Positions 41,501 to 49,021 of a DNA stretch of 64,000 bases are shown here, piece after piece. Where the stretch lies: the IMG/VR virus record IMGVR_UViG_3300044609_000721. One strand, given 5' to 3'. This DNA comes from a virus. The first letter of the stretch is position 1. Each line of letters starts with the position of its first letter. A program made the translations under genes and the position numbers. The notes beneath the pieces were generated by a model, which ran no database searches, was not told where the DNA came from, and worked only from the letters and a program-made list of their open reading frames with translations.

Positions 41501-44500
41501 TGGAGAGTGAACAATACCAGACTGCTTCTCTACAATAACTCCATTTTCTACAGTTAAGTTATCGCCAAGTACATATCTTAGTTGCTTTGGATTTGATACG
41601 TGCCCATATTCTCCACCAAATTGCTTGTTAAATCCTTCGAAGATAGAACCGTTTGCATAATCAAAGTTTGTGTTGCTGTTTAAGTTATAAGTCCACTCAA
41701 AAATTTCAGTTTGGAAATCTGCTCCTTCTCCAATAGATTCTAGTCTAATTTGAGTAGTACCTGGTTTATACCCAATACCTCTATTCAGAATAGTGATGGA
41801 AATCACTCTTCCTGCTTCTAGTCCTTCGGATTGAATATTTGCTCTTGCTACAGCACCATAACCATCACCAGTAATAATGACCTTAGGAGCGGTAGTATAA
41901 CCGTTACCAGAGGCGATAACTGCAATTGATACAATCCTGCCATTATTTACATACGCCTGTGCTGCAGCGCCTTCTCCGCTGCTTAGAACGACTTTAGGCT
42001 CTGATGTGTAATCTTGACCAGATGATACTACAAGTACTTCTTTGATTGGTCCTCTAACAAACGCCTCAGCAGCTGCTCCAGACCCTCCTCCACCAGTAAT
42101 TGTAATGGTTGGTTTTGATGTATATCCTGAACCTGGGGTATTTACTAAAATTCTAGATACAACTCCTTTTGTGACGATAGCAGTTGCTGATGCACCCTCT
42201 CCGTCGCCACCACCAGAAATTGAAACTAGAGGAGATGATGTGTATCCAGAACCACTATTTGTTACAACAATCTCAGAAAGAGATCCATTTACGACAACAC
42301 TACCAGATGCACCAGTACCATTTCCACCAACAAAATCAAGTACTGGTGGATTTGCTGCGTCATAATTCTTTCCATAATTTAGTATATTTACTTTAGTTAC
42401 TCCACCATATTTGTAGGTGGAATCTGATTTGTAGTTCCATACAGAAATACCATTCACAAATGAACCAACAGGACCATATTGTGTTTCTGGTTTTAGTGAG
42501 ATTGTTGATGGTACTTTGGGGAATCTATATAATTTTCTTTGGTTGCCTGGAAGTAATGAAGTACCTACAAAGGGACCAATCTTATAGTTTGGAATACCTG
42601 ATGTAGCTACATAGACATACTTGCCATTAAAGAAAGTATTCTGAATATTGGTAGCAAACTTATTAATTGAGTTGTTGATTGATGGAACATCACTCTTTCC
42701 TTTGTTCAAGTCAATCGAGATTAGGATATTGCCTTGAGGATTTAGAGTTGCTGGTTGAGGAAGTTCGTATTTGAATACAGTTGCGCTTTCTCTTGAAGTT
42801 ACTAGGAACGTTCCATTGTATACAATTGGGTTTGCACCATATACAGTAACTTGATCTCCAACTAGAAGACCGTGAGCAGATGTGCAATTGACAGTCGCAG
42901 TTTGATCATTGATACCACCATATGTGATACTATCGATCTGCAGTAGTTTTTTGACGTTATACAACCAAGATCTGATTAGATTGTTATCTTCAATAGATCC
43001 TAATTTAGATACTGAAAGTTTATCTCCAGGTAGATAGTAACTACTTTCATCAGTTAGTTGGGTATTACCAGACTCAACGATACCAAGAACTGATAGAACT
43101 ACTTCTTCGGTAGTTCCCTGATTCGAATAGATGTAGAAGTTTGATGTACAAATAGTTCCAGAATCCCAAGACGCTGGTTCCTGATTAATGCCTCTAGTAC
43201 ATTCAATAAATTGAGTTAGTGATTTCTCCTTATAGCGAATTATCTCAGTACCAATAATAACTTCTCCGTTCTTTTCTGGCCATCCAATTGTGGAGTCTAC
43301 AGTAATAATAGAATCTTGATCTGATAGTGGTTCTGCAAGTCTAGTCTTATATGGAATGACGAATTTACCATTAATGGATTCTTCAGAAAGAATCAATTCA
43401 TATACGTCAAAGTTTGCAGTCTGAATTGCAGTGAAGTTCTCTACTGTTGCAGATGCATACAGAACATTAGTATCCACTACATCCGCATTTTGCTCTAGAA
43501 GAGAGTCTTTTAGATTTTGGGGATTTCCAGAGATTAGTTTAGCACGAAGGATGGTATCAATAGACCAAGTTGCTGCAGATGGTTTAATGATCTGGTCTTT
43601 TGGATAGGTGATATCAATTTCAACACCGTATAGAATTTTAAATAGGTATGCAATTGAATTCTTAGTACCCTTAGATGCATAGAAATCTTTTATAGTTCTA
43701 AGAACATTTGAGATGTCAATAGAATCAATATCCAGTTGAGGCATTCCTGGAAGATACTGAGATGTAATCTTCTCCATGATTTTTCTGAGGAATACCGCAT
43801 CAAGTCCTTTAACATCGCTACCACTGATGTGAGATGCTTTGATGGATTCTGATTCTGATTTAAATACAGCATTATCCTCAGAATCATATTCTACGATTCC
43901 ACTAACTCCTCTGCTACACTGAGCAAATTCTGACTTTGTATAGTTTTTACCTGGGTTAATTACACGAAATCCAGTAATTTCACCAATTCCAATTTGAGCA
44001 GAAGCTTTTGCTCCAACTGGAGAAGAGATGAATACCTTTGGTGGAAACTCAATCGAATAATTTTCTCCAAATTCAGTAATATTGATATCGATAATCTGCC
44101 CGTTGAAAACTGTCGCTACAGCCTTTGCGCCAGTTCCTCCAATTGGGTTACCTAAGTTATCTACTCTATCATCAACGATGTATACGCTAGGAACGTCATC
44201 ATATCCAAAACCTCCAGATAGAAGTTCAATACCAATAACTCTTCCAAAACTATCAACTTCAACATCCAAAATTTGAGCACCAGTTGGTTCAATTACCGAA
44301 ACTCTTGGAAGTTCTGTTTGACTGTATCCAACTCCACCAGAGATGACAGTGATTGAAATGAGTTCACCAGAGGCGTTTATATTGCCCTGTAGGAGTGCTG
44401 TAATTCCATTTGCGGCGTCTGGGGCATCAATGTAGATTTGAGGCGCTGTAGAGTATCCAGAACCACCTTCTAAGACTTGTACAGATAGAACTACACCATT

Positions 44501-45805
44501 CTGATTAACGACAACATTTCCTACTTTTGCTCCAGATGGATTAACAAACTGAATTCTTGGTACGAAATCATATCCACTTCCACTATCGATAATATGGATT
44601 TCGTCAATACCACCATTATCGTTTACTGTAACGAGTCCTTTCGCAACAGATCCTTCACCATTAGTGGGAGCTTGGATAGAAACTAGTGGAGGATTTTCCT
44701 TGGAGTATCCTTTTCCAGAGTCAATCAGTGTGACTGTTTTGACTCCACTTACTAGAGCTTCTGCAGTTGCATTAGTACCAGTACTCTTAACGAGAGAGAC
44801 TTTTGGTGTATTTTCTACTTTATATCCAGATCCACCATTTTTAACTAGGATAGATTCTAGTTGACCAGAATCATTTACTACAGAAACTGCAGAAGCATCG
44901 CTACCAACATTAAGTAGAGGTGCATTGATGTATGCTACAAAAACCGATTCTGTTGGATACTGTTTAAAGATGATAGTGTCAGAATACAGACTAAAATCTT
45001 TAATTGGTGTTAGTAAATTTCCATCTACAATTGCAATAACTAAACTTGTAGATGAAGGAGAAGATGCAACTCCATTCACCTTAAGTTTGAAGTCATATCT
45101 AACTTCTTCTACGTTAGTATTGAGAATTGGTAATTGGTCAAATACCGCAATTTCAGATTCTTGGAAACCCTTTAGATAGATAATTTTAATATCTTCACTA
45201 GTATCTCCAAGATTTATTGGATCATATTGTCTTGGTGGATTAGTGAATCTAATTTTGTCACTTAAGATTTGATAATCAACGCCAGGAATTAAGTATTCAT
45301 TGTATAATTTTACAATGACATGCTCATTTGATGGTGGATAAACTGGTTCGTTATTTACCGTTAAATCGAACTCGAAGTTTATACCATCAAATTCTCTATA
45401 TGGATTGAATAGAGGAACTAGTTTTTTATTGAATTCTGCATATGAAATATCAGGAGTTAGGATGACATTTGGAGACTTCCTGACAAATTCATAATAAATT
45501 ACTTCATCATCAATCAGTAGAGTTCCATTTTCTTCTGGAAATCCATCTGTTGTTTCTACTTCAATATTTCTGATATCTGCAGAGATGTCAGAAATCAACT
45601 TCGTATTGCTTCTTAACTGAGATACTTCATACTTAGAAAGATTGAAGTAGTCTGGTAGATTATTTAAAATGCCAACAGGCCCGCCACCTCTCTCCTGAGA
45701 ACTATAATATGCTCTCAGAAATTTCTCGAAGAGTGGATTTTCCTCTTTAATGAAATCTGGTACTTGATTTAGTACAGAAAGGGATGCTGATGCTAAGTTA
45801 TGCAT
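29537..45805 (-). CDS. gp7: Giant baseplate wedge initiator (5422 aa), multidomain
   Basis: QVPDFIKEENPLFEKFLRAYY N-terminus, IKDFYASKGT.NSIAYLFKILYG, QDSYLYQAFSYNIKS, HPTGFKLFGE motifs; lies between gp6 and gp8 as in T4; contains YHYH-like, beta-propeller-like, LamG-like and phycobiliprotein-like segments. Confidence 0.92.
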   Translation of the reverse strand: MHNLASASLSVLNQVPDFIKEENPLFEKFLRAYYSSQERGGGPVGILNNLPDYFNLSKYEVSQLRSNTKLISDISADIRNIEVETTDGFPEENGTLLIDDEVIYYEFVRKSPNVILTPDISYAEFNKKLVPLFNPYREFDGINFEFDLTVNNEPVYPPSNEHVIVKLYNEYLIPGVDYQILSDKIRFTNPPRQYDPINLGDTSEDIKIIYLKGFQESEIAVFDQLPILNTNVEEVRYDFKLKVNGVASSPSSTSLVIAIVDGNLLTPIKDFSLYSDTIIFKQYPTESVFVAYINAPLLNVGSDASAVSVVNDSGQLESILVKNGGSGYKVENTPKVSLVKSTGTNATAEALVSGVKTVTLIDSGKGYSKENPPLVSIQAPTNGEGSVAKGLVTVNDNGGIDEIHIIDSGSGYDFVPRIQFVNPSGAKVGNVVVNQNGVVLSVQVLEGGSGYSTAPQIYIDAPDAANGITALLQGNINASGELISITVISGGVGYSQTELPRVSVIEPTGAQILDVEVDSFGRVIGIELLSGGFGYDDVPSVYIVDDRVDNLGNPIGGTGAKAVATVFNGQIIDINITEFGENYSIEFPPKVFISSPVGAKASAQIGIGEITGFRVINPGKNYTKSEFAQCSRGVSGIVEYDSEDNAVFKSESESIKASHISGSDVKGLDAVFLRKIMEKITSQYLPGMPQLDIDSIDISNVLRTIKDFYASKGTKNSIAYLFKILYGVEIDITYPKDQIIKPSAATWSIDTILRAKLISGNPQNLKDSLLEQNADVVDTNVLYASATVENFTAIQTANFDVYELILSEESINGKFVIPYKTRLAEPLSDQDSIITVDSTIGWPEKNGEVIIGTEIIRYKEKSLTQFIECTRGINQEPASWDSGTICTSNFYIYSNQGTTEEVVLSVLGIVESGNTQLTDESSYYLPGDKLSVSKLGSIEDNNLIRSWLYNVKKLLQIDSITYGGINDQTATVNCTSAHGLLVGDQVTVYGANPIVYNGTFLVTSRESATVFKYELPQPATLNPQGNILISIDLNKGKSDVPSINNSINKFATNIQNTFFNGKYVYVATSGIPNYKIGPFVGTSLLPGNQRKLYRFPKVPSTISLKPETQYGPVGSFVNGISVWNYKSDSTYKYGGVTKVNILNYGKNYDAANPPVLDFVGGNGTGASGSVVVNGSLSEIVVTNSGSGYTSSPLVSISGGGDGEGASATAIVTKGVVSRILVNTPGSGYTSKPTITITGGGGSGAAAEAFVRGPIKEVLVVSSGQDYTSEPKVVLSSGEGAAAQAYVNNGRIVSIAVIASGNGYTTAPKVIITGDGYGAVARANIQSEGLEAGRVISITILNRGIGYKPGTTQIRLESIGEGADFQTEIFEWTYNLNSNTNFDYANGSIFEGFNKQFGGEYGHVSNPKQLRYVLGDNLTVENGVIVEKQSGIVHSPIIGWAFDGNPIYGPYGLSDPTNLSSNIVPIQSSYSLKTNLVFNSVTNPEPYRIAGPSLQDFPAGTFIQDYEYVFRSEAFYLDQYNGRFTKTPEFPEGTYAYFVTLNADGSAAFPYIIGPNFYSIPDSWNLTQFAIQSNIPTGIVRYRAPFENVDIDVERDPNESTNALTLENGDVLTFEIEDENRDGFIDSSEASDPDQIFEESKLELFDYFPKIDISSKVDIEVETTTKFEEAKISDFLIENPGINYQVNDRLIFDDEGTEGYGASASIKSIQGEQITSYTYEYNTAQDEYFGVVQTAVPHNMEIGDFVSVDTTPIMEPTSKTLKVITVKGLEEVSVEVSGIGYDPNIEVEAFIDSISGQEAEVKAVVGKTGILDKINITNSGRGYVDNPKIRISHPQIQKRSVYYSVNKKYQSGVNINNSFVDQNKNLYYVGSVTSTNGDIHGYISKLNAEGTTLWSKSLTSIQPSAQAKRCQLLSVTKNGLDVYVIGQTYPNPLSASAFNPDIFIAKYTENSSGTEVSLSWQRELAGISGVNRNDYITDIAAYGENVVACGYTTTNSNGVNDGIVFYISNGGDVLIKRKITSTSSSEKLQSIQVDSDNNIYILGQSTAADNILLVKCKIDGSKINTIWQKEISYSNTKFEDLSLLIDEYDELYITSALENSSTSTKTKLALIKVDADGDLIFNKEYSIPSITSLSAAKSSIDIFGEIAIGYTAVDITSQLHSGIIKCKFNGDILNSYEMTSLEGVEISKCSSDVSGDPTLVGNIIENRTQFLYKGSSYSDTVGRYANLTSTGTVSVNTDPKFGTNAYTISQNAKLSATALTTQSNVWTIEGWFKWDTAASAKVPDLLTITDGTNSIKVSVFADSSSPSTFGKLRISNGGATISQFTTITNAVTLLSSGYRHISVSKSYNTSSSIATYTLYFNGSSVAQITTGFNLNPSTVEIGSTTSYNSWPVKLDEFRYSNYAIAYTSAPTAEFSGFDYANPSGFIMKFDKNADSERMGTINLTNNSFDITRSNITIPVVNNLELINIPYALGPDGLQILDFNAATSGLTQDYHIPTTVYDSWSTRTATVPSPGGRKAVFSSKAFGKFFFNYFNVSKLDNIRQLHINQDFRFNVGTNLLQRNSLNAIIASAKIVDIDYSNNYIYVADTTGSFVVDSGTLGSSDESINEIVNYGFEGVVNTSPGTFAINIPVEVEATFKPYSDDDYAVRIDEIIAGSPYAKGSVVVLGSSYFSFNTARNSVTIAGLSSVTKITLITNLKKTLQIDEISNTNRIYIRSATSHYLNAGDNIFGSTSPQYTYADGSFYVDQVLSQREFIFQIREVPGSFIGSGTQILIYVKHPVFKFIYGQQYTFDVSDPSNQGYYLSFYRDNLNKIEYTFKNIVRRGTPGLDAPGVSPFISFKVTDDVSNISYYADPSRINEFSPVAKSSYIDVVRSPYIGRFEISSLEGATVTTGANKFKFKLDIDPEKNAQSFTSSYSTESTKVAGSISSIRLISGGGFYKKLPIITDIQSSRKIERVEIRTPGTEYEPGEYFGVPILGDGNGGKVRIRVDGNSDPVGQIIEVVVTDPGKGYTEAFVDVDAIDGILGPNLAGSGAVLEVIIPPKGTGASIFVKGENVGKIKKLRNNNFGFDYTHDYTLRPEITFPVNLQLINTSVLSNIKVIDPGSGYTSIPEVVITGGGGSGATAEAEIRNGRISGILIKNPGFGYSTEPTIELKSTFTYVINLDLGLFQLPFPHGIGNGSEITFDIQDLGEGAAFPITSFGYIVPGQIYYAISGTTAGLENDQLRIALTPGDAESGNYISFVNTGSGRQILLTNSFGGSAEAVVETGRFLSGELVYQGDSLENSSAKGYVSGNDGWQIGPRLLKLIDTEGTFAEGQIVTGTISKSSGTINNINAAKGVIQVDSITKTAGKFLDDVGKTNEIVQKVQDSYLYQAFSYNIKSPVSIDQWKTIVLDNTHPTGFKLFGEIGVYNEEKGLTDKTDFQLTKSVNLIESSVVANIDNFGLVEPVYKEFDNTQVLFRTKRLTSSEEILTSYVQKIDDISNLFDGERTSFPLTIDGSTIIANTSQVQVILNGIAQSPVESYEIIQGSIVFKEPPPAPTKVSYAMLTLQFLPSYEIAIEDSSGILPELGQTIRGILSLATATVISSTTSTIRVFNINGTFQEGEIILASATGLSANLVSVTELENTNTFQFQESITNTSGKTAVVEEINLDSTTSIVTNEIIVSKTSGTYESPSGLLDIKFNDYIISAKTGILARVTSISPYIDPTTGEPLSSISISDPSTFSALLYNRIIQPEYPNVIIDDISKSSIEVVDLDDSTLKVEGKFPEFEIVSSTTFENVYDDSTTFQNGEFIQNLEIEYINSTGDFTANETAMVQKLAYKSLLGGNFQAGDQIVTNGGFTAEVIGVNYALKYVFLGEKSGSFSIGDTISTDKSFVSNDDIVSGRYADASDLILANKLLIADVAVGRMLANFPGFTVPNGNQNCIDDIISILDELCFNVKYGGNHRAYDVAQLYITNGYLAGEETQSVYAINQARDLAIQAMRNETITLGGYTTRTQVKDLTVEGDQSGEPGVYIPGDCADVASSITTLFAIVTQGISTGSISSITRTNIGTVTAIISTYLDIPFDVEQVYSATDKIITYQFYDDTHHRFRDAANLIRLNATYIIEEAAGRMKNLYSDLIIPGDEDGTGDGTSRCKLDLNLLLQAVADDIEKGGNYNTLTGARFYIDENGGLRYITKQVLQSLYAHEQMNLLCQQAVIGDLSQTPQYTNQSPIKPLDITTDPGDCADVRSKIDTLWSLINEVLCTTGDVYKDASNALWFNRKFIAEESVGLTTNYFTYYLNGVPYNAFVYPNGLEGKNTCIRDIKDYIIPSIIADLISGGDANTIDAMTYYINAVNDILYVKDELLPTIYALEQTNRLCQYAVDNWRITGTNTIYSAQWSSTPKYTDNTITLDDGTYGGQCANIKSAIDTLFTKAISILLPERDQYQNRNFDAANLIEANKQLIAEVAVGRMLNQYPTFTIPNGNQNCIDDIIAILGELSFNIRYGGNHKMYDAAQLYITNGYLAGEEVQAVYAFNQARDMAIQAMRNETITLGGYTTKTQVKDLDVTVDTSTPKCANVASAITTLFAILSQAVQNGNLTGITRTTDSASNIAYRNAAKLIMFNKNYIKAETMLVTLQNYPTFSVPGGNDKCLRDMGYIMDAIVYDLLTNGNSAILFATQSYIDAATGTIISLQGELVQSLFAYTKVRDYMKQAIAESLVSPAPNTGFYSYTDTSIALTASEISEINAFIDSKMSILLNTLNNSSYIEDNEIIAENGITVPNSIYPSRIDDTGILGGLNSGDYIYGLTSQINGEIKSITTNRATIKKLLTRIRVNFSNPIEIFKVGETITRQGFASINGTVYSYSYSENFNYVDIVMNSGQFSIGNILINDDGYVATVVSVSSKVQVSDLTGSFTNGQKVKGFKTSAISTISNFYSVSAPVLDNSGSKLTLDTEFYEGNFDVSSVIYSSTSDIYIDVEYYEGTQIGLADIIQTTNIYKLTLTLPDEETTVFEIGGVVNNEAILTQTARIIDYINEGSTVELYVGNLTEDLFAIGDTILYYEPNNNFPVGVAQIANAEIISSEAYGFVERIIPIGTAYRLYLSGVKGTFNQYAQTISKSGYRSIISSVGEVVGRIDRSFRGFDGVQSTFKVTINNGTAYYPNPDGHLLVFVNGILQPPGQSYTTFSDIIEFSEPPELGATFHSSYIGKLRKLDDISFEFDSLRNSFNLKLDEVFYSLTVTAGSESSNIKPENNLIVSLNGVIQEPGVAFELVGSRIIFAEIPRSGSSFVAFSYIGSDADVIAADVVPPIETGDELEIEGEDKDRTVAIIESSNSLVTFDYTGSVFGRNASALVDIIKGRIKTLSVTSSGDGYTSRPSVSIDSATGFDAQIKALVGVSRVDLVNSGSNYAYPTIEIINEVDENEESFLFDSTSVSFDGTAVTFDQS
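31590..34160 (-). repeat. Five tandem ~150-170 aa helical, phycobiliprotein-like repeats within gp7
   Basis: Each begins [YF]xDAxxLIxxNxxxI; conserved Cys-x-x-Asp (NCIDD, RCKLD, TCIRD, NCIDD, KCLRD) followed by GGN/GGD/NGN; repeats 1-4 end in CA[DN][VI]xSxIxTL. Confidence 0.85.
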
Positions 45806-45830
45806 TTTGTATTACTATCTCCTATACTTA

Positions 45831-45837
45831 TATTTAA
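45831..45837 (-). promoter_or_regulatory. Possible late promoter (TTAAATA) for gp7
   Basis: Variant hexamer/heptamer 26 nt upstream of the gp7 ATG, before a GGAG RBS. Confidence 0.45.
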
Positions 45838-45842
45838 CAGAG

Positions 45843-48251
45843 TTATGCGAAGCAGGTATCAGATGTTGTTGAATCTGCCTGTGTTAGGGATGGGTATGAT
45901 ACGACTGTTGGAGTTGATGTTATTGCCGTTGCTGGTGCAGATGCAAGACTTCCTGGAGCAAATGCTGCCACTGTAGCACTTCCTGGGGCCACTACAGTAA
46001 TTGATGGTGGTGTAAGCGAAATCAACGTTCCTGGCGATCCAGCAGCGCCTGGAGTTGCTATAGCAGCAGTTGCAGTTACGGTAGTACCATTAGAAGTTGC
46101 CGCCGCTGCTGTAGATGAAGTACTGGCAGTTGTTGATGATGTCAACGATGCAGTTGTGGATGTTGTGGATGAAGTTAGTGAAGTAGTTCCACCAGATGTT
46201 GTTACACCACCAATAGTTAAAGAACCTCCAGAGATACCTGTTCCTGCCGCTCCACCAGAAACAATTTGACCATCAATTGTAATGAGACCAGAACCCTGAC
46301 TTGATGTAGTTGTCTGACCCCCACCAGTTGCTGATGTACCAGAGACCAATGCGCCAGAAGTTGATAGAACTTGCGTTGTATTTGGATCTGCAGAAATTGA
46401 CTTTCCTGGTGTTAGTAGGCTCTTTGCAATTAACTTCCCACTAACTTCTCCAGGAGCAATGTTTGCTGGGTTCTTAGGTTTAATTGATAATTGGAGATAA
46501 TTGACATCTCCTACAGGTGATATTGGACCAACTCTAACAATACCAGTAGAGCAATCATACAATCCAGCATTGTTGTTTGTGTACACCTTTTTATTATTTG
46601 AGATGTAATATTGTCTTAAATTGCCAATACCATCATCTTCTAGATATTGTAAAGTGCTAGGGCGGTCTGCAGTGTAGAATCCACTGGATTTAATTACATC
46701 GCCAGGAGAAGATGAGCATGAGCAATCTAACTCAATACCATAGTTCACATCCCAAGTAGTTGGAAATCCTTTTTGTTCCTCTGATGGGTATCCAAGTAAT
46801 TTAAATACAGAAACCTGAAGCATCACATCAACAATACTCTTGTCTGCTTGTAAGATTTCTTTTTGTATTTTTGATGTTGATAGTGTTTTATTGAAATTAC
46901 CAAGGTCTTCTAAAGCACCAAATCTCTTGATAGCATTCAATGCTTTCTCTTTAATGATATCTGCAGTTCCTTCAGGTAACGCTTGAGATGTAGATGAACC
47001 AGATGTAAGAGCACTTTTAAAAGTATCTGCGACGACTAGGATATTTAAATCCACAAAAATGTCTTCTGGGTCCTGAACCACAACCTCAATAGATGCCATT
47101 GAGTATGGTCTTAGGTCTTCGATTATTTGCTTTTTCGATAAGTTGTTTAATCTGGTGTTGTTTTTTGTTTTTACTGAGATATAAATTTTGCCGTATACTG
47201 GAGGACTTAGTGTTTCTCCTCCAGTTGCTAGTACATATCTAGCGTTTGGGTAGATTGATTTTACAATATTTTCGTAGTCTTTTGTAGTTACTGCTCTATT
47301 CTGAGAAGCATAATATCTTGGAGCATTGAATTTGATGGACTTTAGAGTTTCTGGTTTATCTCCAAGTTGAGTTTTTTGATTCAATTCAAGTCTAACTCTA
47401 GATGGAGAGATTACTCTATCATCGGAATCAATGATCGACCCATTGAATGCCATAGTGGAAATATTGTTTCCATCAGGCCCATTTGTTCTGATATACTCAA
47501 AGATTACAATATTACCATCTTCTAATGCTTTACCTACAACGCCATCACCAAAAGTAATTTCATATCTTCTGTCCTCAAACTCACTAAGGAAGTATGCTCT
47601 TGATGTACTATCAATGTTGGTGATATTTTTTACTAGATTGTATCTATCTACAGTTGTAGACTGGGCATTTTGCTTTACATACACTTGCAAAGTATCAATA
47701 TCTACCCAATCGTTAGGAACGATGAATTTTTGATTTGTTGTCGTATCAACTGTATATGTGTAACTTAATAGATCACCTTCATAAACTTTAAATGGTCCTA
47801 TGGTAGCAATACCAGTTGTCTTATCTACTTCTGCTGTTTTATCTTGTGTGATGGAAAAGGTGAAATTCTGTCTACCATTATTTCCACCAGCAACCGTACC
47901 CTTTTTAATCGTGACAGTTCCAGGGTATGATTGGGTCTGATTGAATTCTGTCTGCACCTGAAGAGTCACACACCCCCAAGCAGCCTTTGCTGATCTAGGT
48001 ACGTAATTTAGCATTCTTGCTAGACTCGCAACATTGTCTCTAATGGTTGCGGTATCCAAAAATAGTTCATTCAATGCCATATTCGCATTAAATGAAGTGT
48101 AATACGTATTATAAGCTAGAACATCGAGCAAATACGATAGAGTTGAACCATTGAAGTCATAATCAGAGAACTCTGGTCTGGTTCTCATGTATGATTTAAT
48201 GGATTCCCTTATCTCATTAAAATCTAGAGTAGTTAAATTTGATGGTTTCAT
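45843..48251 (-). CDS. gp6: Baseplate wedge subunit with S/T/G/A-rich C-terminal extension
   Basis: LDFNEIRESIKSYM...EFSDYDFNGS.LSYLLDVLAYNTYY, IKFNAPRYYASQNRAVT..DY, PPVYGKIYIS. Confidence 0.96.
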   Translation of the reverse strand: MKPSNLTTLDFNEIRESIKSYMRTRPEFSDYDFNGSTLSYLLDVLAYNTYYTSFNANMALNELFLDTATIRDNVASLARMLNYVPRSAKAAWGCVTLQVQTEFNQTQSYPGTVTIKKGTVAGGNNGRQNFTFSITQDKTAEVDKTTGIATIGPFKVYEGDLLSYTYTVDTTTNQKFIVPNDWVDIDTLQVYVKQNAQSTTVDRYNLVKNITNIDSTSRAYFLSEFEDRRYEITFGDGVVGKALEDGNIVIFEYIRTNGPDGNNISTMAFNGSIIDSDDRVISPSRVRLELNQKTQLGDKPETLKSIKFNAPRYYASQNRAVTTKDYENIVKSIYPNARYVLATGGETLSPPVYGKIYISVKTKNNTRLNNLSKKQIIEDLRPYSMASIEVVVQDPEDIFVDLNILVVADTFKSALTSGSSTSQALPEGTADIIKEKALNAIKRFGALEDLGNFNKTLSTSKIQKEILQADKSIVDVMLQVSVFKLLGYPSEEQKGFPTTWDVNYGIELDCSCSSSPGDVIKSSGFYTADRPSTLQYLEDDGIGNLRQYYISNNKKVYTNNNAGLYDCSTGIVRVGPISPVGDVNYLQLSIKPKNPANIAPGEVSGKLIAKSLLTPGKSISADPNTTQVLSTSGALVSGTSATGGGQTTTSSQGSGLITIDGQIVSGGAAGTGISGGSLTIGGVTTSGGTTSLTSSTTSTTASLTSSTTASTSSTAAAATSNGTTVTATAAIATPGAAGSPGTLISLTPPSITVVAPGSATVAAFAPGSLASAPATAITSTPTVVSYPSLTQADSTTSDTCFA

Positions 48252-48670
48252 TAATTTACTGGTCTCTCTAATAGGAATTTGTTATTAATGATTTGAGGTT
48301 CTCCAATAATTCTATATGTCAGAGTAACTACTATTGCACTATCATCATCTTCTATAGCAGTCACAAGAACATCTAAAACATCAACTCTAGGTTCAAAATT
48401 TCTAATAGTATTTAGTATCCTATCCTTCAAATCTATAGCAGAAAATGCATCAAGAGGTTCGAATAGCATATTATATACATCAGAACCAATTGATGGATCC
48501 ATTAATTTTTCACCAAACTTGGTCATAATCAAGTTTTTAATAGATTGTGTAACGGCAGATTCGTCTCTGAGAGAGATTACGTCGTTAGTTAGGGGATTTT
48601 TGCTGAAATTTGTGCCTACATCTCTAAAAGATCTAGGCGTAGCCCTAAAAATACTATCGGAATCTGCCAT
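48251..48670 (-). CDS. gp25: Baseplate wedge subunit (gp25/GPW family)
   Basis: AVTQSIKNLIMTKFGEKLMDPSIGS...LFEP...IRNFEPRV. Confidence 0.96.
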   Translation of the reverse strand: MADSDSIFRATPRSFRDVGTNFSKNPLTNDVISLRDESAVTQSIKNLIMTKFGEKLMDPSIGSDVYNMLFEPLDAFSAIDLKDRILNTIRNFEPRVDVLDVLVTAIEDDDSAIVVTLTYRIIGEPQIINNKFLLERPVN

Positions 48671-48698
48671 TATATGACACTATACTTCTATTTTGTAT

Positions 48699-48706
48699 TA
48701 TTTATA
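48699..48706 (-). promoter_or_regulatory. T4-like late promoter (TATAAATA) for gp25-gp6
   Basis: Perfect consensus 29 nt upstream of the gp25 ATG. Confidence 0.85.
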
Positions 48707-48715
48707 TGGGATATC

Positions 48716-48895
48716 TTAGTGCCATCGCTCCACATAATCATCAAAACCACCCTTACCTCCACATGGTCGTGAGTACCTATCGATGGGTGGGTCATTTTTT
48801 CGCATTTCGGGAACGTAATCGGTAACTAATCTAGTAGTACCCCACATTTCCTTCATGTATTTGGTGTCTCTGTCAGGATTTGAGTTCATTGCCAT
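48716..48895 (-). CDS. Small hypothetical protein (59 aa)
   Basis: Manual translation MAMNSNPDRDTKYMKEMWGTTRLVTDYVPEMRKNDPPIDRYSRPCGGKGGFDDYVERWH; GGAG RBS. Confidence 0.8.
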   Translation of the reverse strand: MAMNSNPDRDTKYMKEMWGTTRLVTDYVPEMRKNDPPIDRYSRPCGGKGGFDDYVERWH

Positions 48896-48950
48896 CTGTT
48901 TTCTCCTAAGAATAGATTAAAACAGAACTTTTTACGGGGTTGCTATCCCG

Positions 48951-48990
48951 AAAATAAAAGGGTACTACACTCAAATGAGCGTAATACCCT
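48951..48990 (-). terminator. Rho-independent terminator
   Basis: Minus strand AGGGTATTACGCTC-ATTT-GAGTGTAGTACCCT (14-bp stem with two G-U pairs) followed by TTTATTTT. Confidence 0.8.
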
Positions 48991-49021
48991 GCATGTTAGC
49001 AAAAATTAGTGTAAAAGTTGA

